Shown here in pieces: positions 51,101-63,395 of a stretch of 64,000 bases of DNA; within the stretch, counting starts at the first letter, position 1, and the number at the start of each line of letters is the position of its first letter. The notes under the pieces were generated by a model, which saw only the letters and a program-made list of their open reading frames with translations, did no database searches and was not told the DNA's origin. Position numbers and translations under genes: made by a program. Source of the stretch: Phoronis australis (taxonomy: Eukaryota > Animalia > Phoronida); NCBI GenBank assembly GCA_002633005.1, contig NMRA01000229.1, positions 582,271 to 646,270 on the forward strand, in the 5' to 3' direction.

Positions 51101-53145
51101 TGCGTTTCTGTCAACCAAAGTCCAGTTGTAACGCTGAAGCAAGTCCTCGTTCTATTGACAACCTGCTGCTCAAAAACCTGCAAGTTTACCGACGTGTTCA
51201 GGAGAATAGAACGCTATGATTGGGTGATATTACCGTGTTGACTTTTCATTGAAGTGGGCAAGTGAGTTGGTTTCAACACAATCCGCGCTTTGTAAACGTG
51301 TTATGACACTTCGCTGTGACTTAAGACAGCTACAGTATCAATTAAAATTTTCTGAAAATTATGTAAACATTTCCGTTCACGCTATGCCGGCAAAAAGACA
51401 ATATTTCGCCTATTACGATGACTTTGTCATATTTAACGGTCTCATTGTTTGGACGTGTTCGAATGTTTTTATATCGCGTATCCCAAGGCGAATTTAACAC
51501 TGACTTTGCCTTCAATAGCAGTATGTTTGCGGAATGTGCTGTAACAATTTGATATAATAGATGATTTCCCAAGAATTTTGTGAACTCCAAGGAATTATAA
51601 CATAACGAGGTACTTAAAGACATGCTAAATATTGAAACACGAGTAGTGGCGCTGTTGTATGTGTTCAATACAGCACTTTCACAACATGAATGTGAACAAA
51701 TAAATGATATTGAAATGTTTTTTGATTGAGTGAATACATAAAATTTTAAAGTGGTGTGCATTAAACCCGTGGCAGTTGTTGCAAGGTACACAGTCCTAAG
51801 CATGAAGTCATCTATCTGTACACAATCCAGAACAACTACCGTTTGGTTTTACACTATACGCCAAAGTTGGCGCATGACTATTGTCACGTTTTTTATTTCC
51901 CTACAATTTGCAGGTACGCACTTGCATGTTTATACAGAAGCAAGGCACCTGGCATTTCCGAGTGTGTTATCTAATTTTATTCAAAATAGCAGAAGAGGAC
52001 TTATTAATCATGAGAATCGGATCTATGCCACCTGGCAAACAGAAACGCATTTCATTGCAAACACGATGCCATATGGAAAAATAGAATAATCGAAAAACTG
52101 GACCACCATGTATTTTCCAGATGCTATGCCACACATACGTCCCAAACTATTTCTCCAGACCAGAAAGCTAAATATATATGTATTTATATATATATATGTG
52201 TGTGTGTGTGTGTGCGTGTGCGTGTGCGTGTGCGTGTGCGTGTGCGTGTGCGTGTGCGTGTGCGTGTGTGCGTNTCGACTTACAAAATTTGTCCGCTGTC
52301 ATCGGCTTCATGCCGTTTTGGCCAAAATCTTCCACACTCGCCAAATGTATCAAACATGCTTACCATAGTACCACATGATGTAATGAGGAATGAGACTGGT
52401 TGCATTAACATAATGTACAAGTTAATAGGACCACAATCAACAAAATTCCAACAACTCAACCCTGATTAAAAAGACTCACAGCGACGCTTGCTGCATATTT
52501 ATCCCATCTGTGCAATAATTGCTGTCTATAATTCACCAGAGGTCTGTCCTGATTTTGTCAGAAACACTGCCAAAATCATGTAGAAGTCACGACTGCAGAA
52601 TTCGACTCCCTCACAGCTGTGTATACAAGACTAAACTTCTTTATAATTGGTCTGAGGCATCATCTATCTCTCGTTATGTCGTGATCGGGTAGTCAATTTT
52701 AGAAATTGAGATCGCTTGCACGACGCAGTTCGCCTGTTAACGACTAGGACAGGTCGTTGATCGTCTTCTATCCCAAAATCAATTCAAGTCAGGTGTAGCA
52801 TTCTTTTACACACCATCAACGCCCTTTTCGTTTGTTTTACCCTTAACTTAGACCCCGTGAGACAAACACGAACAAGACAACATAACAATGAGAGCCAACA
52901 TATTTCATGAAGTTTAACCTATCGTTTCTTTAAATTGACACATTTTCCGTGAAAATGAAATTCAAAGTGAGCTCCAAAGAAACACAGTTTTCCAGTAGCG
53001 TTACATTTGCTGATCCGGTTGACGCCTGTTAATAAAAATCTTCAAAAAATGATTATAAAATAAAAAATTGCTTACCCACAATGCCTTGAGAATTAATCCC
53101 GTTTACTATCACATTTGCAGCGGTAATGACGAAAAATAGAAGCAT
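30006..53145 (-). CDS. BMPER: BMP-binding endothelial regulator / crossveinless-2, full 12-exon model: complement(join(30006..30193,30730..30860,31377..32040,32562..32613,33065..33169,34197..34334,36249..36455,38575..38748,39091..39173,39564..39663,47562..47647,53076..53145)), 665 aa
   Basis: Every junction is GT-AG with matching phase, and exon lengths sum to 1998 nt ending in TGA. Domain order (signal peptide, 5 VWC, VWD with TCTVFGDPHY, C8, TIL) is the BMPER/Cv-2 architecture. The linker CCPICRDQRKVFDLP resembles vertebrate BMPER. Confidence 0.93.
30730..30860 (-). CDS. BMPER: BMPER exon 11: C8 domain (R)SCIVDECECPLTRMCACESFKAYARECDGHG...WENVTSCS
   Basis: Acceptor ttttAG, donor G|GTAAAG. 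A second in-phase donor lies 6 nt further on. Confidence 0.92.
31377..32040 (-). CDS. BMPER: BMPER exon 10: VWD domain (ESTCTVFGDPHYKSFDG...CGLCGNYNG) and start of C8
   Basis: Lies inside ORF 31214..32089. Acceptor cttcAG, donor AG|GTATAC. Confidence 0.95.
32562..32613 (-). CDS. BMPER: BMPER exon 9: NYELKYREDECCPRCVE(K)
   Basis: Acceptor ttgcAG, phase-1 donor A|GTAAGT. Confidence 0.9.
33065..33169 (-). CDS. BMPER: BMPER exon 8: HGKSWKPNICTSCNCDNGVTRCHVEQCSNSLGCPK
   Basis: Acceptor ttttcAG, donor GTAATA. VWC W..C..C.C motif. Confidence 0.92.
33331..33700. repeat. (GTA/GTG)n trinucleotide microsatellite in BMPER intron 7
   Basis: Low-complexity tract producing the poly-Val and poly-Thr ORFs. 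Confidence 0.95.
34197..34334 (-). CDS. BMPER: BMPER exon 7: NATSVCERISCPPVTC...CCPVCQLKRRCRLEGRRYR
   Basis: Acceptor tttcAG, donor GTAAGG. VWC cysteine pattern. Confidence 0.93.
36249..36455 (-). CDS. BMPER: BMPER exon 6: GGNVTCSKISCPVLNCP...CCPICRDQRKVFDLPTRCLLKNKVY...CTTCVCQ
   Basis: Acceptor ctacAG, donor GTAACG, 69 open codons. This frame is not in the ORF track. Confidence 0.93.
37664..37740 (+). repeat. Degenerate tRNA-derived SINE-like head
   Basis: A box TGGTGTAGTGG at 37671, degenerate B box GAGGTCGAGAC, followed by a T-run. Confidence 0.45.
38575..38748 (-). CDS. BMPER: BMPER exon 5: AAVLNIRKIQCHVPCRNPIHIPGQCCPSCSGC...DQCVYCVCK
   Basis: Acceptor ttgcAG, donor GTGAGA. End of VWC2 and start of VWC3. 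Confidence 0.93.
39091..39173 (-). CDS. BMPER: BMPER exon 4: (G)CVYKGRKIKSGEEFTDASDPCTVISCK
   Basis: Acceptor ctccAG, donor GTGAGT. Start of a VWC domain. Confidence 0.92.
39564..39663 (-). CDS. BMPER: BMPER exon 3: QRRVKCDRETCDLEGCHVVLFTKPKNSCCNVCK(G)
   Basis: Acceptor tttcAG, donor G|GTGTGG. Contains the VWC CCxxC end motif. Confidence 0.9.
42070..42227. mobile_element. Small hAT-like MITE (CACTGGCGGATC...AAATCCGCCCC); related ends at about 2593..2606, 12494 and 37963..37974
   Basis: Degenerate inverted termini of the CAGTGGCGGATC type. Confidence 0.45.
43295..43475. repeat. Degenerate 43-49 bp tandem repeat (4 units, CGTAAAATGT..TTTTG)
   Basis: AAAATGTGGTTTTGAG / AAAATGTAATTTT units recur at roughly 45-bp spacing. 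Confidence 0.7.
47562..47647 (-). CDS. BMPER: BMPER exon 2, first half of VWC1: (G)MDAKCDAEGEEVYVPLISSNPCFSCYCE
   Basis: 86 nt, acceptor ttttcAG, donor GTAAGC. Resembles BMPER AKCENEGEV..IP.I..NPC..C.C. Not in the ORF track. Confidence 0.92.
52172..52273. repeat. (TA)n-(TG)n-(TGCGTG)n microsatellite
   Basis: Visible directly in the sequence. Confidence 0.95.
53076..53145 (-). CDS. BMPER: BMPER coding exon 1, signal peptide MLLFFVITAANVIVNGINSQGIV(G)
   Basis: ATG has an in-frame upstream stop and a hydrophobic N-terminus. The phase-1 donor G|GTAAGC matches the phase of exon 2. Not in the ORF track. Confidence 0.75.
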
Positions 53146-56100
53146 ATTCTCATCGTCCTAGCTTAAATGCCTCGCCCGTATATTTGTCATGGGTAAACCA
53201 GTCCTCCCATACGACCTCCTTCTACGACGCAGTCAGCAACGAACTGACTCGCTGAATGAATCGGGCACTCGTATTTAACGCGCTGCGCAGACTCACCGAA
53301 TTTCGTAGCATGCTTGCGTTTCCTCTAATCATAGTGATAATCAATAGAGATCTAGCCTACAAGACAATCGCTTCAAGCACTGCCGTAACACTGGATCCTA
53401 CCGAAGTAAACGTGTGTCAGTTTTTCTACAAATTGTATATGGTCACAAAATTGCATTTTCTTTGGGAACACTCCACCAGGCTAATTTTTGCAGTATTTCG
53501 TGGCCGCAATTCTGATTTCGTAAACTGTTGAAAATTCCGTAAGTTGAATGATCACCAATCTTTCGTTGTTTCAGCAGTGTTGTTCAAGTTTTGAACTTTC
53601 ACGCTTTATGAGATTTAGTCTACGATTTAATTGGACGCTTTAAGCTAACGTCAGTGATTTTATCAAATATCTTTCAACTTGATAAATTTTCTGGGTCAGA
53701 TCTTAAGTTAGTATTTAATCAAAATGAACTGAGGATAAGTTTCATCTGATTTCTAACAGATTAATTATTAATAGACTTGCTGCTAGCTGAGAAGAGGAAA
53801 ATTGACGCTGCGGTAAGTCTCGGAGACAGAACTTACAAATGTTATCGGGTGATATTCGACTACATTTTTGGCGTGGAGGCGTAGCTGGAAAACGGGAGAC
53901 CCAATCACTTATAGTGTGGACTCGAAAGTCTGCCCCATTTGTAAAACCTTCTATGGAAATTTCGCACTCTTAGAGCTTTGTTTCAGAAACGCCACCCATA
54001 AACCTTATCTTTTGGTATTTCTCACCGAACAGCACAAGAAAATATGTCAAAACGAGTTTATCATTTTCAGCCAAAATGTAAAAGGGGCATTAGGGGGTTT
54101 TAGAGGAGAAAACATATTTTGTGAATTATACTTGGTTGTTATAGACTGCTTGGCGTTGTTGGTATTGACAAGAGCTTTCAAAACAAAACAATTCGTTGTG
54201 TTTTTATGATGCGAACACAAGTCGCTGATTCTCGCCGTTGTCTGTCAGACACTCGCTGGTATCATGGCCTGGGCTTTTAGCAGTTAAAATAATCTGGCAT
54301 CTATCGACTGAATTTTTACTCAACTAGGACGGCGTTAGAGCGACCACGGGGGATTCAGGTTCAAAATCCGCGCTGAGGCTAATTACAATTTTTTTCTCGA
54401 CTACAATGTCCCTTTAAAATTACTCATATCATATTAGTAACACTTCTTTAGATTTTTTTGTATTTGATGAAAGGAAGTTTTGTTAGTTGAGTTCTGAACT
54501 TCCAAAGTGAACACCTTTGTAGGAAATTTCGTAGGAAAAGGCACCTTCGCGAAGCGAATTTGTTGAAAAGCTACCCTTTCGTACACAAACTGGCCTTGGC
54601 AAGTCCCGCATACCTTTCTGTGGGAGTTCAACCAGGGAAGGAAGGTGAATTGGCGGTTTTGGGGTGAAAACGGAACTTTTCTGTGTCAATTTCCTGAAAA
54701 AAATATTTTATGAACCCCCGAATAACCAAGTCCAGATACGTCTATAGGTTCGGGCACGTTCTACTAATGTCATGCAAATGTTTGGAAGTTACCCATCTTG
54801 CGAACAAAACTGGTTGAAGAAACCACTGTGTTGTTTATGTGGCTTGTTTTTTACACGTATTCGCTCAATAACGATACGGTACAAGCGACTGGTGGCTTAG
54901 AACGTGTTATGCAACGGGTAACACCGTCGTGTACGCAATCAACTTAATCTACATCATGATGGGTTTGTAACTAATGGGACATGACATTGGTCTGTTTTTC
55001 TCGCTAAGTGTACCAGCACAATCCTATAGAAATGTTTAGAGAGGTCCACGGGGCATGGATCCTCGTGGGCGAGAAAACGCCGTTCTCGTACTATTTTAGG
55101 GCTTACATGGATATGTCGTTTCGAAAATTCTGATTTCTTCCTTCCTTTCTACATCTTATATCCGCCAGTGTATTACTAATTTAATTCAACGCATTCTCAC
55201 CTCATATTTTGTTATTATTTGGATATCATGCCATAATTAAGCTGTAAAAACAATGAGTTTTTTCAACTTCATTCTGTTTTGAAGTCTCAAACATCATGAT
55301 CAGGACAAGCAAATACGGCCATCTAGCAATCCGTATAAGCTGTATCAGTGAAAAGTCTGAGGTAGGACAGCTAAACACAAAAATCAGGGCTCCCCGCTTC
55401 TATCTCTGGAATCCCGGGCCAGCTAGCACCAACTCCGCGGTACAAGTTCCATACGCTCGATCTTAAACTCCACACATGTATCAAGAATAATCTGTATCCG
55501 GTTACTAAATCCAATCCCGGACCATGTACTCAGTCGTTGAAACTGCGACTGACAGTTGAAATACTTGGACAGAACACCTGTTACATCAAGTAGAACAGTT
55601 CCTAATGACAGTGACGTTTAGTTTTCAGTAAGGCGGTTTTGAATTTGGTCGAACTTTCCCATTGACGTTGACTACTGAGTAGATTTCTACGTATGGAAGT
55701 GTATCCTTAACTCAAACGAAACAAGTAGTCATCGTTGAAACATTGTTATCAAAACATAATTACGTGTGTACACAACGAGATCGTGTTAGTGTGTCAAAAC
55801 TTGCAGCTTGACAAGATGTCTTGTTGACTGTTTCAGCGCATTCTAAGGACATCTGGCAGTATTATTTGATAAATATTTGAAAACCTTGCGTTGACGATAA
55901 CTCCAGCGATACGGCATGACTGACAAACATTATCGCCCAAGAGGCGTACTATTTATATTTCTCCCTCGTGTTTGCAGTTTTTCATGGTCCAGATGAACTG
56001 CCTCTGCGTAACGCGTCAATATGTTACATGACGGGCTTTTCAAGCGGTATTTCGCACAGTTTAGCAGACTAAAAATCGAAAATCGAATTAGGCCTTTCAC

Positions 56101-59100
56101 TTTCATGAAATGTGTCCGATAATATTCCCTACTGTGTTAAGATTCTATTCATGTGAACAAAAAGAACATTGAAACAACCTGCGACTGAAGAAATCGCTTA
56201 AGAATTCGTTGGGGTTGGCCAACCCCTAAGATTACAAATTCGAAAATGGCACATGTACGCAATGCGTGTATCTTGAATAGCCGAATTGTGTTCGGAAAAC
56301 TCGAACTGCGTGACGTCACTTATAGAATACAGTAATGACCAGCTGGATGAAGGCTATTGATAAATGGTTAAAGTAAATTCATTTTCTGATGCGTGCATCA
56401 CTGCCTTTGCTCATTTTGTCGGATGGTAAGCTGGAATGAAGTGCTTCCGTTTAACTTCTCGTGAAGCGAATTTTTGTCAACTTTTTCGAGATCACGTGAG
56501 ATCAGCAAGTAATATCACGCGAGTGATAGGAGCGTTTCGCCGCAGACAACCAGAATGGTCACCACTGAAGTCACACGGGCAATTGTGAACTTTGGAAGAA
56601 AATTCACCGTTTCTATTACACATAAGCCAAGAGTCAAGTGTTGCTCGAGTGCTTTGCGTTTACGGAACGCCCCCATTATGTCCCTCGATCGTACAAAACA
56701 CGGCTCGATAATCTTTTTGGTCTTCCTCACTGCAAATTCGTTTTGTGACGCATACGACGCGATATAAATAATGACACATTTACGCGTCAAAAAGTGCCAC
56801 ACTTAACTTCGCTGGTTTTACACGTTTGACAATGAAGGCAACATTTTGAACATTTTAAAAATATTCCCATTTATGTGGGTCAAAAAGTTTAAAATAGAAT
56901 ACGTCATCTTTAGAATGACCGAAGAACTTTCGACAAGAGAAGCCATTCAACTCTAATTGACCCATAGTGTTTTGGTATAAATTGAGGAAGTCTGCTTTTT
57001 GTAAATAAAAAGGCTATTTTAGAGGCACAACCTACAGATACGTGGAAATAAGAATGGAAAACGCCATTTTAAGTGGCTACGAAGATATTTTTTCTTGGAA
57101 CCCTTCCATCCTTGTGAACAGCTAGTAAAAAGATTCCAGTTTGCAAATTTAGAGGAACTCAGAAGTGGCGTTGTACATGGCATTAAAATATTTATTGTTC
57201 AAAGCAATGAGAGCTAATTGTGTCACCGTATTTCTTTTTGAGAATGCAAAACTTGATCTCAAAAGTGAAAACCCCAAAAATCCAGCAAACTGTCAAGGAT
57301 AAACACTGGAAAACCTGTCTGTAAATTGTGAAATAAGCATTCCAATCTTTGGACGGCAGATCCTCACATGACGTGATTGGCTTAAACATTTTAAAAATGC
57401 GGTCAACACGAATACATCAAATTATTTGAAAAATATTTTAAACTTTTATCGTGCTTAAAGATGTCTGCGTTATATTTTGTGCTGTGCATGTTTCGTTCTC
57501 GCATAAAGTGATTTATGTCGTTGGAAGAACTGACAGTTCGTTTTTGCTCGAGGCCGAGGTCAATAGGTTGGGTTGAACCGGCAGGGCATTTTCTACGCAG
57601 GGCATTGCCTCGAGCGCAGACAACAGTCAGTTAATCCTATATAAGTCACTTTTAATATGAGTAAGGAAACAGTTGGGACCTCGGTAGTGCAAAGCGAAGT
57701 CAGGCAAACCACTAGGCAAGTGATTCGCGAACAACCTGCGTAACCTAGCAAAATGGCGGCCACCAATGTGATTGATTGATGAAGTTGAAATGTTAAATCA
57801 TCAGACAGAATTGATAGATTTGTTGGATAAAATTTGTTTCTCGCTGCTTATGTCTCGGTGTCTACGGAAGCACTCCCGATTTCAACCGCGGTCTAAATCA
57901 ATAATTAATCCTTTTTACATTGAACGGATTGTGGTTCGAGTTTAGGCTTTTAGTAGATTTACTAGCTCAGTGAGTGCTTTCGTATTTGTTTTTCTCCCTT
58001 GCACAGTTACAGTGTGTTTTCACGACAAAGAGGTCTTCGCAGCAGTTCTATCATTTTTGTCCAGCTCCCGTAGTTCCTTGTCTTGGGCAGTCGGTTCAGG
58101 TCCAATTTCACGCCAGAGTGCTTCAGCAGTGCATATTTCAAAGTAACAACGGATAATTGGTCTGGTGTGTTGCTGTATGCATTACCGAGGTCGCCGTGTC
58201 AACTTGAGGAGTAACCGAGTGAGCAGACGACAATTGCCGCCATTGTATAAACAACACACTCTGCGCATGTGCATCATTCCTGTGTCGGAAAAGGTTGATC
58301 GAGTTCCCCGACCGTGTATAAAAAACAGGAACTGTCGAGTGGGTTGACAATTACAGAGGACGCTATCCTGTTGTTTTCTTTTCTGAGAACATTTGTCGGC
58401 TATGATCTGTATTGAATGTTTTGGCTGAAAGACAGGATTGGTTGTTCGGCTCAACAAAAACCTGGACTATGGGAGGCGACAGATTCTTTGGCATGCTCTC
58501 AGTACACAATAAAGCATGACTGGTTTACGTATCGAGCTGTCATAAATTCTTTCGCAAGATATACTCACGTTATCGTTGGTCTAGACTTGAGCAATTCGCT
58601 ACTTGAATAGTTTTGACTTCTGTCCGCCGGGTAGAATGTGTAATAAAACTTGTGTGACAATGTTAACTGTTAATGTCTGTCCCCTCGATTGGGAGGGGTC
58701 GTAATTTGTAGTCTGGGCTCCAAACTGGCCACAGTAACTTGTGATTGCACTGTAAACTTTGAACTGATATGCATTTTCAACGACCTTTTATCCAGTGAGC
58801 TCCTTGGGAATTAAACGCTTGCTCTTAAGGAGGCAATAAACCATCGCAAAAACAACTTTTGATTTACATATCTCTCTGATAAAAATTGATCACACGTTTT
58901 TTCTTAATCAAATTAAATGTCATTTCAAGATTTCGAAAGGACTTACCAGGCTCTGCGAGTTACTTTAAAGATTATCTTTCCCCTTCATTTTCGTTCAACA
59001 CTTCATATAACGGATTTCAACGCAACGTTAGTTCAGTCGAAATTTAATCCCAAATAATAGTCAATCATTGCAACTCTAAATATTTTCAAACTTGACTGTA

Positions 59101-59977
59101 TTTAATATGAAATTTTAGGTTCATTTCTATTTTTGGTAGTGCACCATCACTTAAAATGGCCGCCGTAATGAGTGACAGCTGACTCGTGCATTATGGGTAT
59201 TCACTGTACTAATGCCGCTATACAAATGACGCTTCGGCCGAAAGCAAGCTCACTTTAAAATTAAACAAACACACAAAAACAGTAGAACGTGGTATACACA
59301 AATGGGGCTGAAAGTTACGAAATCCTAATATTCTAGCGACATCTTTCGACTGACGAAACTCATCCTGTGTTCCACTTTGGTGAATGTAAAAAGAAAAAAT
59401 ATCTTTAAGCGTCGAGCACAGTCTCAAGGTGTACTCAACTGTCAGTTTTTGAAAAACCTAAAATCACTTGTCATCCGACAAAGGAGCAAGTTGAAACCAA
59501 TTTTAGTGCAAGAAATCGGTCTAAATCAAAAACTCGGTTGTTTGACGGAACGTGCTCTAAGATGAGAAAACAGGTTTCTTCCAATAGATGATAAAAAGAA
59601 GGAGTTATTGCTATTGTTAAAGCATCGAAAGATTAAATGGAAAAGATACCCACCGGAAATTTCCCCGAATTACTCAAGTTCAATGAACACGCAGGTACAA
59701 GGAAAGGGTTTACACTTGGGATGAAATCCGTGTGGCTGAACTGTGAACTTTCCCCAGTTTCGTTCACGAAATAGATTACTTAATCTTGCTAAAATAAACT
59801 TTTGCCCCAAGATTCGTTCCGTGTAAACAACAATCAATCAATCAAGCAAAGTGCCATCATATTTCACATTCTGGTTTAATTAATCGACAGTGTACTTTAC
59901 AAAGGTGTATATTTGGCACGGCCTACTCTCTGACGTAGACGTGGCCGACCCGTCGTATTACACAGCTATTGTCATTG

Positions 59978-60530
59978 GTTCCCTACGTACCAAGCCAGCA
60001 CGCAGGTATCACGCAGCAGCACGCGCTTTAACATTGGTTGATGTAACCTCGGCAGTCATTGGTTAGCTTTACAACAACGTGAAAAAATGGCGGACTATGA
60101 ACGATTTTTTGACTTTTGATGCAAGTGCTGCATCAGCAACTATTTCGTTTTTGCAGTAATGTTTAATAGCCGCGTACGTGCTTGAAACACATGCATGGGC
60201 ATATCTGGCCGATTTAACCTGTGTGTTATTCATGCTGTGTGAATACAGGATAGTATCGTAAACAAAAGTCATCGACAGTAGAAAGATGCACTTCGAAAAG
60301 GCACAACCACAATTTATGGGATTCACATTTCCTGAACATAAATTTTAAGCACCGATTTGTCTTTACAACAGACCACATTTACTCTTGCTCCATCAGTCAT
60401 GCCAGTTTGGTTGCGTAAAGCGCTGCCTGTTGAGAATCCGACCAGCCAATAAGGAACACCGGTGAAAAAAATTTCCCGATGAAAATGAATTGATGCGTGC
60501 TGGCTACCACCTAGTGGCACGCCAGCGAGA
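59978..60530 (+). repeat. Uninterrupted copy of the dispersed repeat at 3213..4176
   Basis: Shared blocks include AAAATGGCGGACT.TGAACGAT and GCGTAAAGCGCTGCCTGTTGAGAAT. Confidence 0.8.
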
Positions 60531-63044
60531 CAGCTATAGTACTCTCCTTTGTCTCGGAGGTAAGAAATCGTGTCGTTTTCATTGATCTGGTTTTTGGAAT
60601 GTCAGATATTTTCATAGGTCTTGTCAACAACTGTTGACGTGTATTTATTACCAATTTCAACCGTTTAAAATAGCAGAATAGGTAGTAGCGTACATAAAGG
60701 GGAGAGTGCGACGGTGCGACGCCTCAGGGCATCTACATAGGGGTGCATGCAATCACTATGAGTAAACCTTTTGAAATTGTGACTGATTTGTAGTTAAATT
60801 AACTAGTTTCGATTTTATGTTTCATCTTTTTTGTTTTTCTTAGTATTAGGGTCCATGAACTGAGTAGAAAGAGGGACATCCAATAAAATAATCGCTTCGG
60901 GCATCACCGAATCTCTGCACGCTTCTATTGATAGGGGACTCTGTTGGGTTCAAAAGCAACCCGACAAACTTGCTTGATCCACTCGCTATGCATTTTCTTG
61001 TCTTTGATTGTAGTCAGGGTGGCGAGGATCACCCGTCTACGTATATTCCATCCAACGGTCTCCCGTCGGAGTTGCTACCCACGCTACAGCAGTAATACTT
61101 CTTAAGCAGTTGAACTGCGAATAGAGCAATGCAGTCGGCAAAAACTAAAGAATACAACGACAACAAAGAACGTGCGGAACTTCATGGAGCGAAAACGAGG
61201 CTACAAAATTGGCGGATATTGCGGCATTGTGGGTATACATGTATACAGCGATATTCTAGTTTCGCTAAGTAAACCTGCATTTCGTGACAAAAACTAAACT
61301 TTTGATTAAGACCACTTACATGTACACTCATGAAACGGTCTCAAATGCTTTCTCCAATTAGAGATGATTTGTCGGATTTAGAAAGAACTGGCAGATAGTC
61401 ATTGCTATGTACCAGGCTAAGTTGACCCGGCTGTCACTGTGGATCATTTTATGAGCCGAACCTAGCCTCAACCACTAACTAACTGTCATTTCTTGCCCCT
61501 CTTGCCCATGAACCGTATCTAAATGAGTCAGGAGCAAGTTGACACAAGTTTTATAGCCGCAAGTGGTCTAAACAAATAGTTGGTTTCTTTGCCAGAACGC
61601 TGTTTATACACACTTAAATCAGAGGCACCGTTACTGACGTTTCTAATAGAATCAGGAGAAAATTAAGTACACGCTATGTCCACAATAGATAAGTTGAATG
61701 CCAGCAAGACTTTCTGCCCAAAACCTACCAGGGCGCCTCGGATTTAGACCACTTGCTATTCAAAATCGGTTACATCTTGTTCCTTACAGAGATATGAAAT
61801 GCTTTCGAAAGAACTTGAGAATACTTGACGGGTCGTTATTGCTTTAGACAAGAACTGTTTTGAAAGTTGCTTGTCACGGCGAGTAAGTTTCAGACTCTAA
61901 GGTCGCAAAGTGGTCAGAGGAAATTCAGGCGTTTTACTGTAACCAAGTTTAATTTAAATAAAGAAAAAAAAAACGAAATGGCGTTGCTTTGGAAGTGCAA
62001 ATACCCGCAAGAAAGTCGGTGCTTTAACACGTGACCCCAGCGTCCAATCTTCGATCTCAGATTCGTTCCACAATCAACCTCGAAACCAATCCCGCTGCAA
62101 GATTCGAGTGGACGCTTGCAAGTTTACTCGAGTTGTAACATGCCATTGGTCAATTTTCGCGTCGAGTTTCTAGTGCAGAGATTCCTGTCCCAGAACCTCG
62201 ACATGGTTTGCAGAAATTTTATTCAATTGTTTGTCAATTAAGCAACAAATTTGTCGAATTTATCCCCATCGATTTTAAAACATTTAGGTCCATATGAGAT
62301 GGTGGGTGAAAATTTTGACATTTAAAACGGAGGTCGTTTTATCGTTGCAGTTATACCATAATGAAAAATTCTTTGCAGTGGCGGAAAACCATATCGTGTG
62401 AGTACAGTTGACAGCGTCATCTATTGCGCAAAATAAGGTCTCCTTCCCAGTCACCTTAAAGGTGCGTTTTTTCTTCTTTGACTTCCAGCCTCTTAAAGTC
62501 ATATGATCCGTTTGTAGACGTTTTAAAAACATCGTGAATCTTCATAAAACCATTGAAACATACTCTCTGACACTTAATTAGAACTTTTCGTAAGTATGGG
62601 GTCGATCTGCTGCCTGTACATATTTTTTCTTTTATTTTTTATTTTCTTAAAATCAGCGTGATCAAAACAAACGAATGTTGCCCATAATGCTGTGCGGTTT
62701 GACCTTTCGGCAACTAATCAGCTGTTTCCGGTACTGCTCCGAAGAAGAGAAGTTCGCCTTAACCAGGTAATTTGTTCGTTTCTTGAACATTTTGATGACG
62801 ATATTGCTCCCTGTATGAGCTGAACAGTCTAACTATTACTCTTAGAATTAGATGAAACCATTACCTGTGGGAAAATTACGTACTCAATTTGATAGTAATC
62901 GTTGTGATCGAGTCGAGGGAGTCTGCAGTGGTACCCAGCCAGCTAGCGGTATCAACAGCTGGGTACCACTGTGTTTTTCTTCAATAGAGCCCGAAATTCA
63001 CACAGTCAGGGTAGTATATTTAGTATACAGATTTGTACCAAGGA

Positions 63045-63310
63045 TAGCCCTAGCCCTATCAATAGAGTGTAATGTTATTGTGGTTGGATAGACCCTGTTT
63101 GTCACTCGATGGTCGTGAGTTGAATTTCTACCTGCTGGCAGTTTCCAGACTTAGGACTTGAATTGCAAAACTATTCGAAGCCCTAGCCCTATCAATGGAG
63201 TGTAATGTTATTGTGGTTGGATAGACCCTGTTTGTCACTCGATGGTCGTGAGTTCAATTTCTACCTGCTGGCAGTTTTCAGACTTTGGACTTGAATTGCA
63301 AAACTATTCG
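63045..63310 (+). repeat. Tandem duplication of about 133 bp (2 copies)
   Basis: AGCCCTAGCCCTATCAAT...TTGCAAAACTATTCG occurs twice, nearly identical. Confidence 0.9.
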
Positions 63311-63395
63311 TGGTTTTTCATTGCCATAAGAAAACCATCGTCTACCAGGGACTCTATATACACACTCTACTTGTATATTGTACTAGCAGGGGCAC

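Noticed and set aside
52108-52469. Cys/Val/Ala/Arg/His-repeat ORFs
   Set aside because: Microsatellite translations.
57974-58610. Overlapping short ORFs upstream of BMPER
   Set aside because: No recognisable domain, stops in all frames, and no coherent exon structure.
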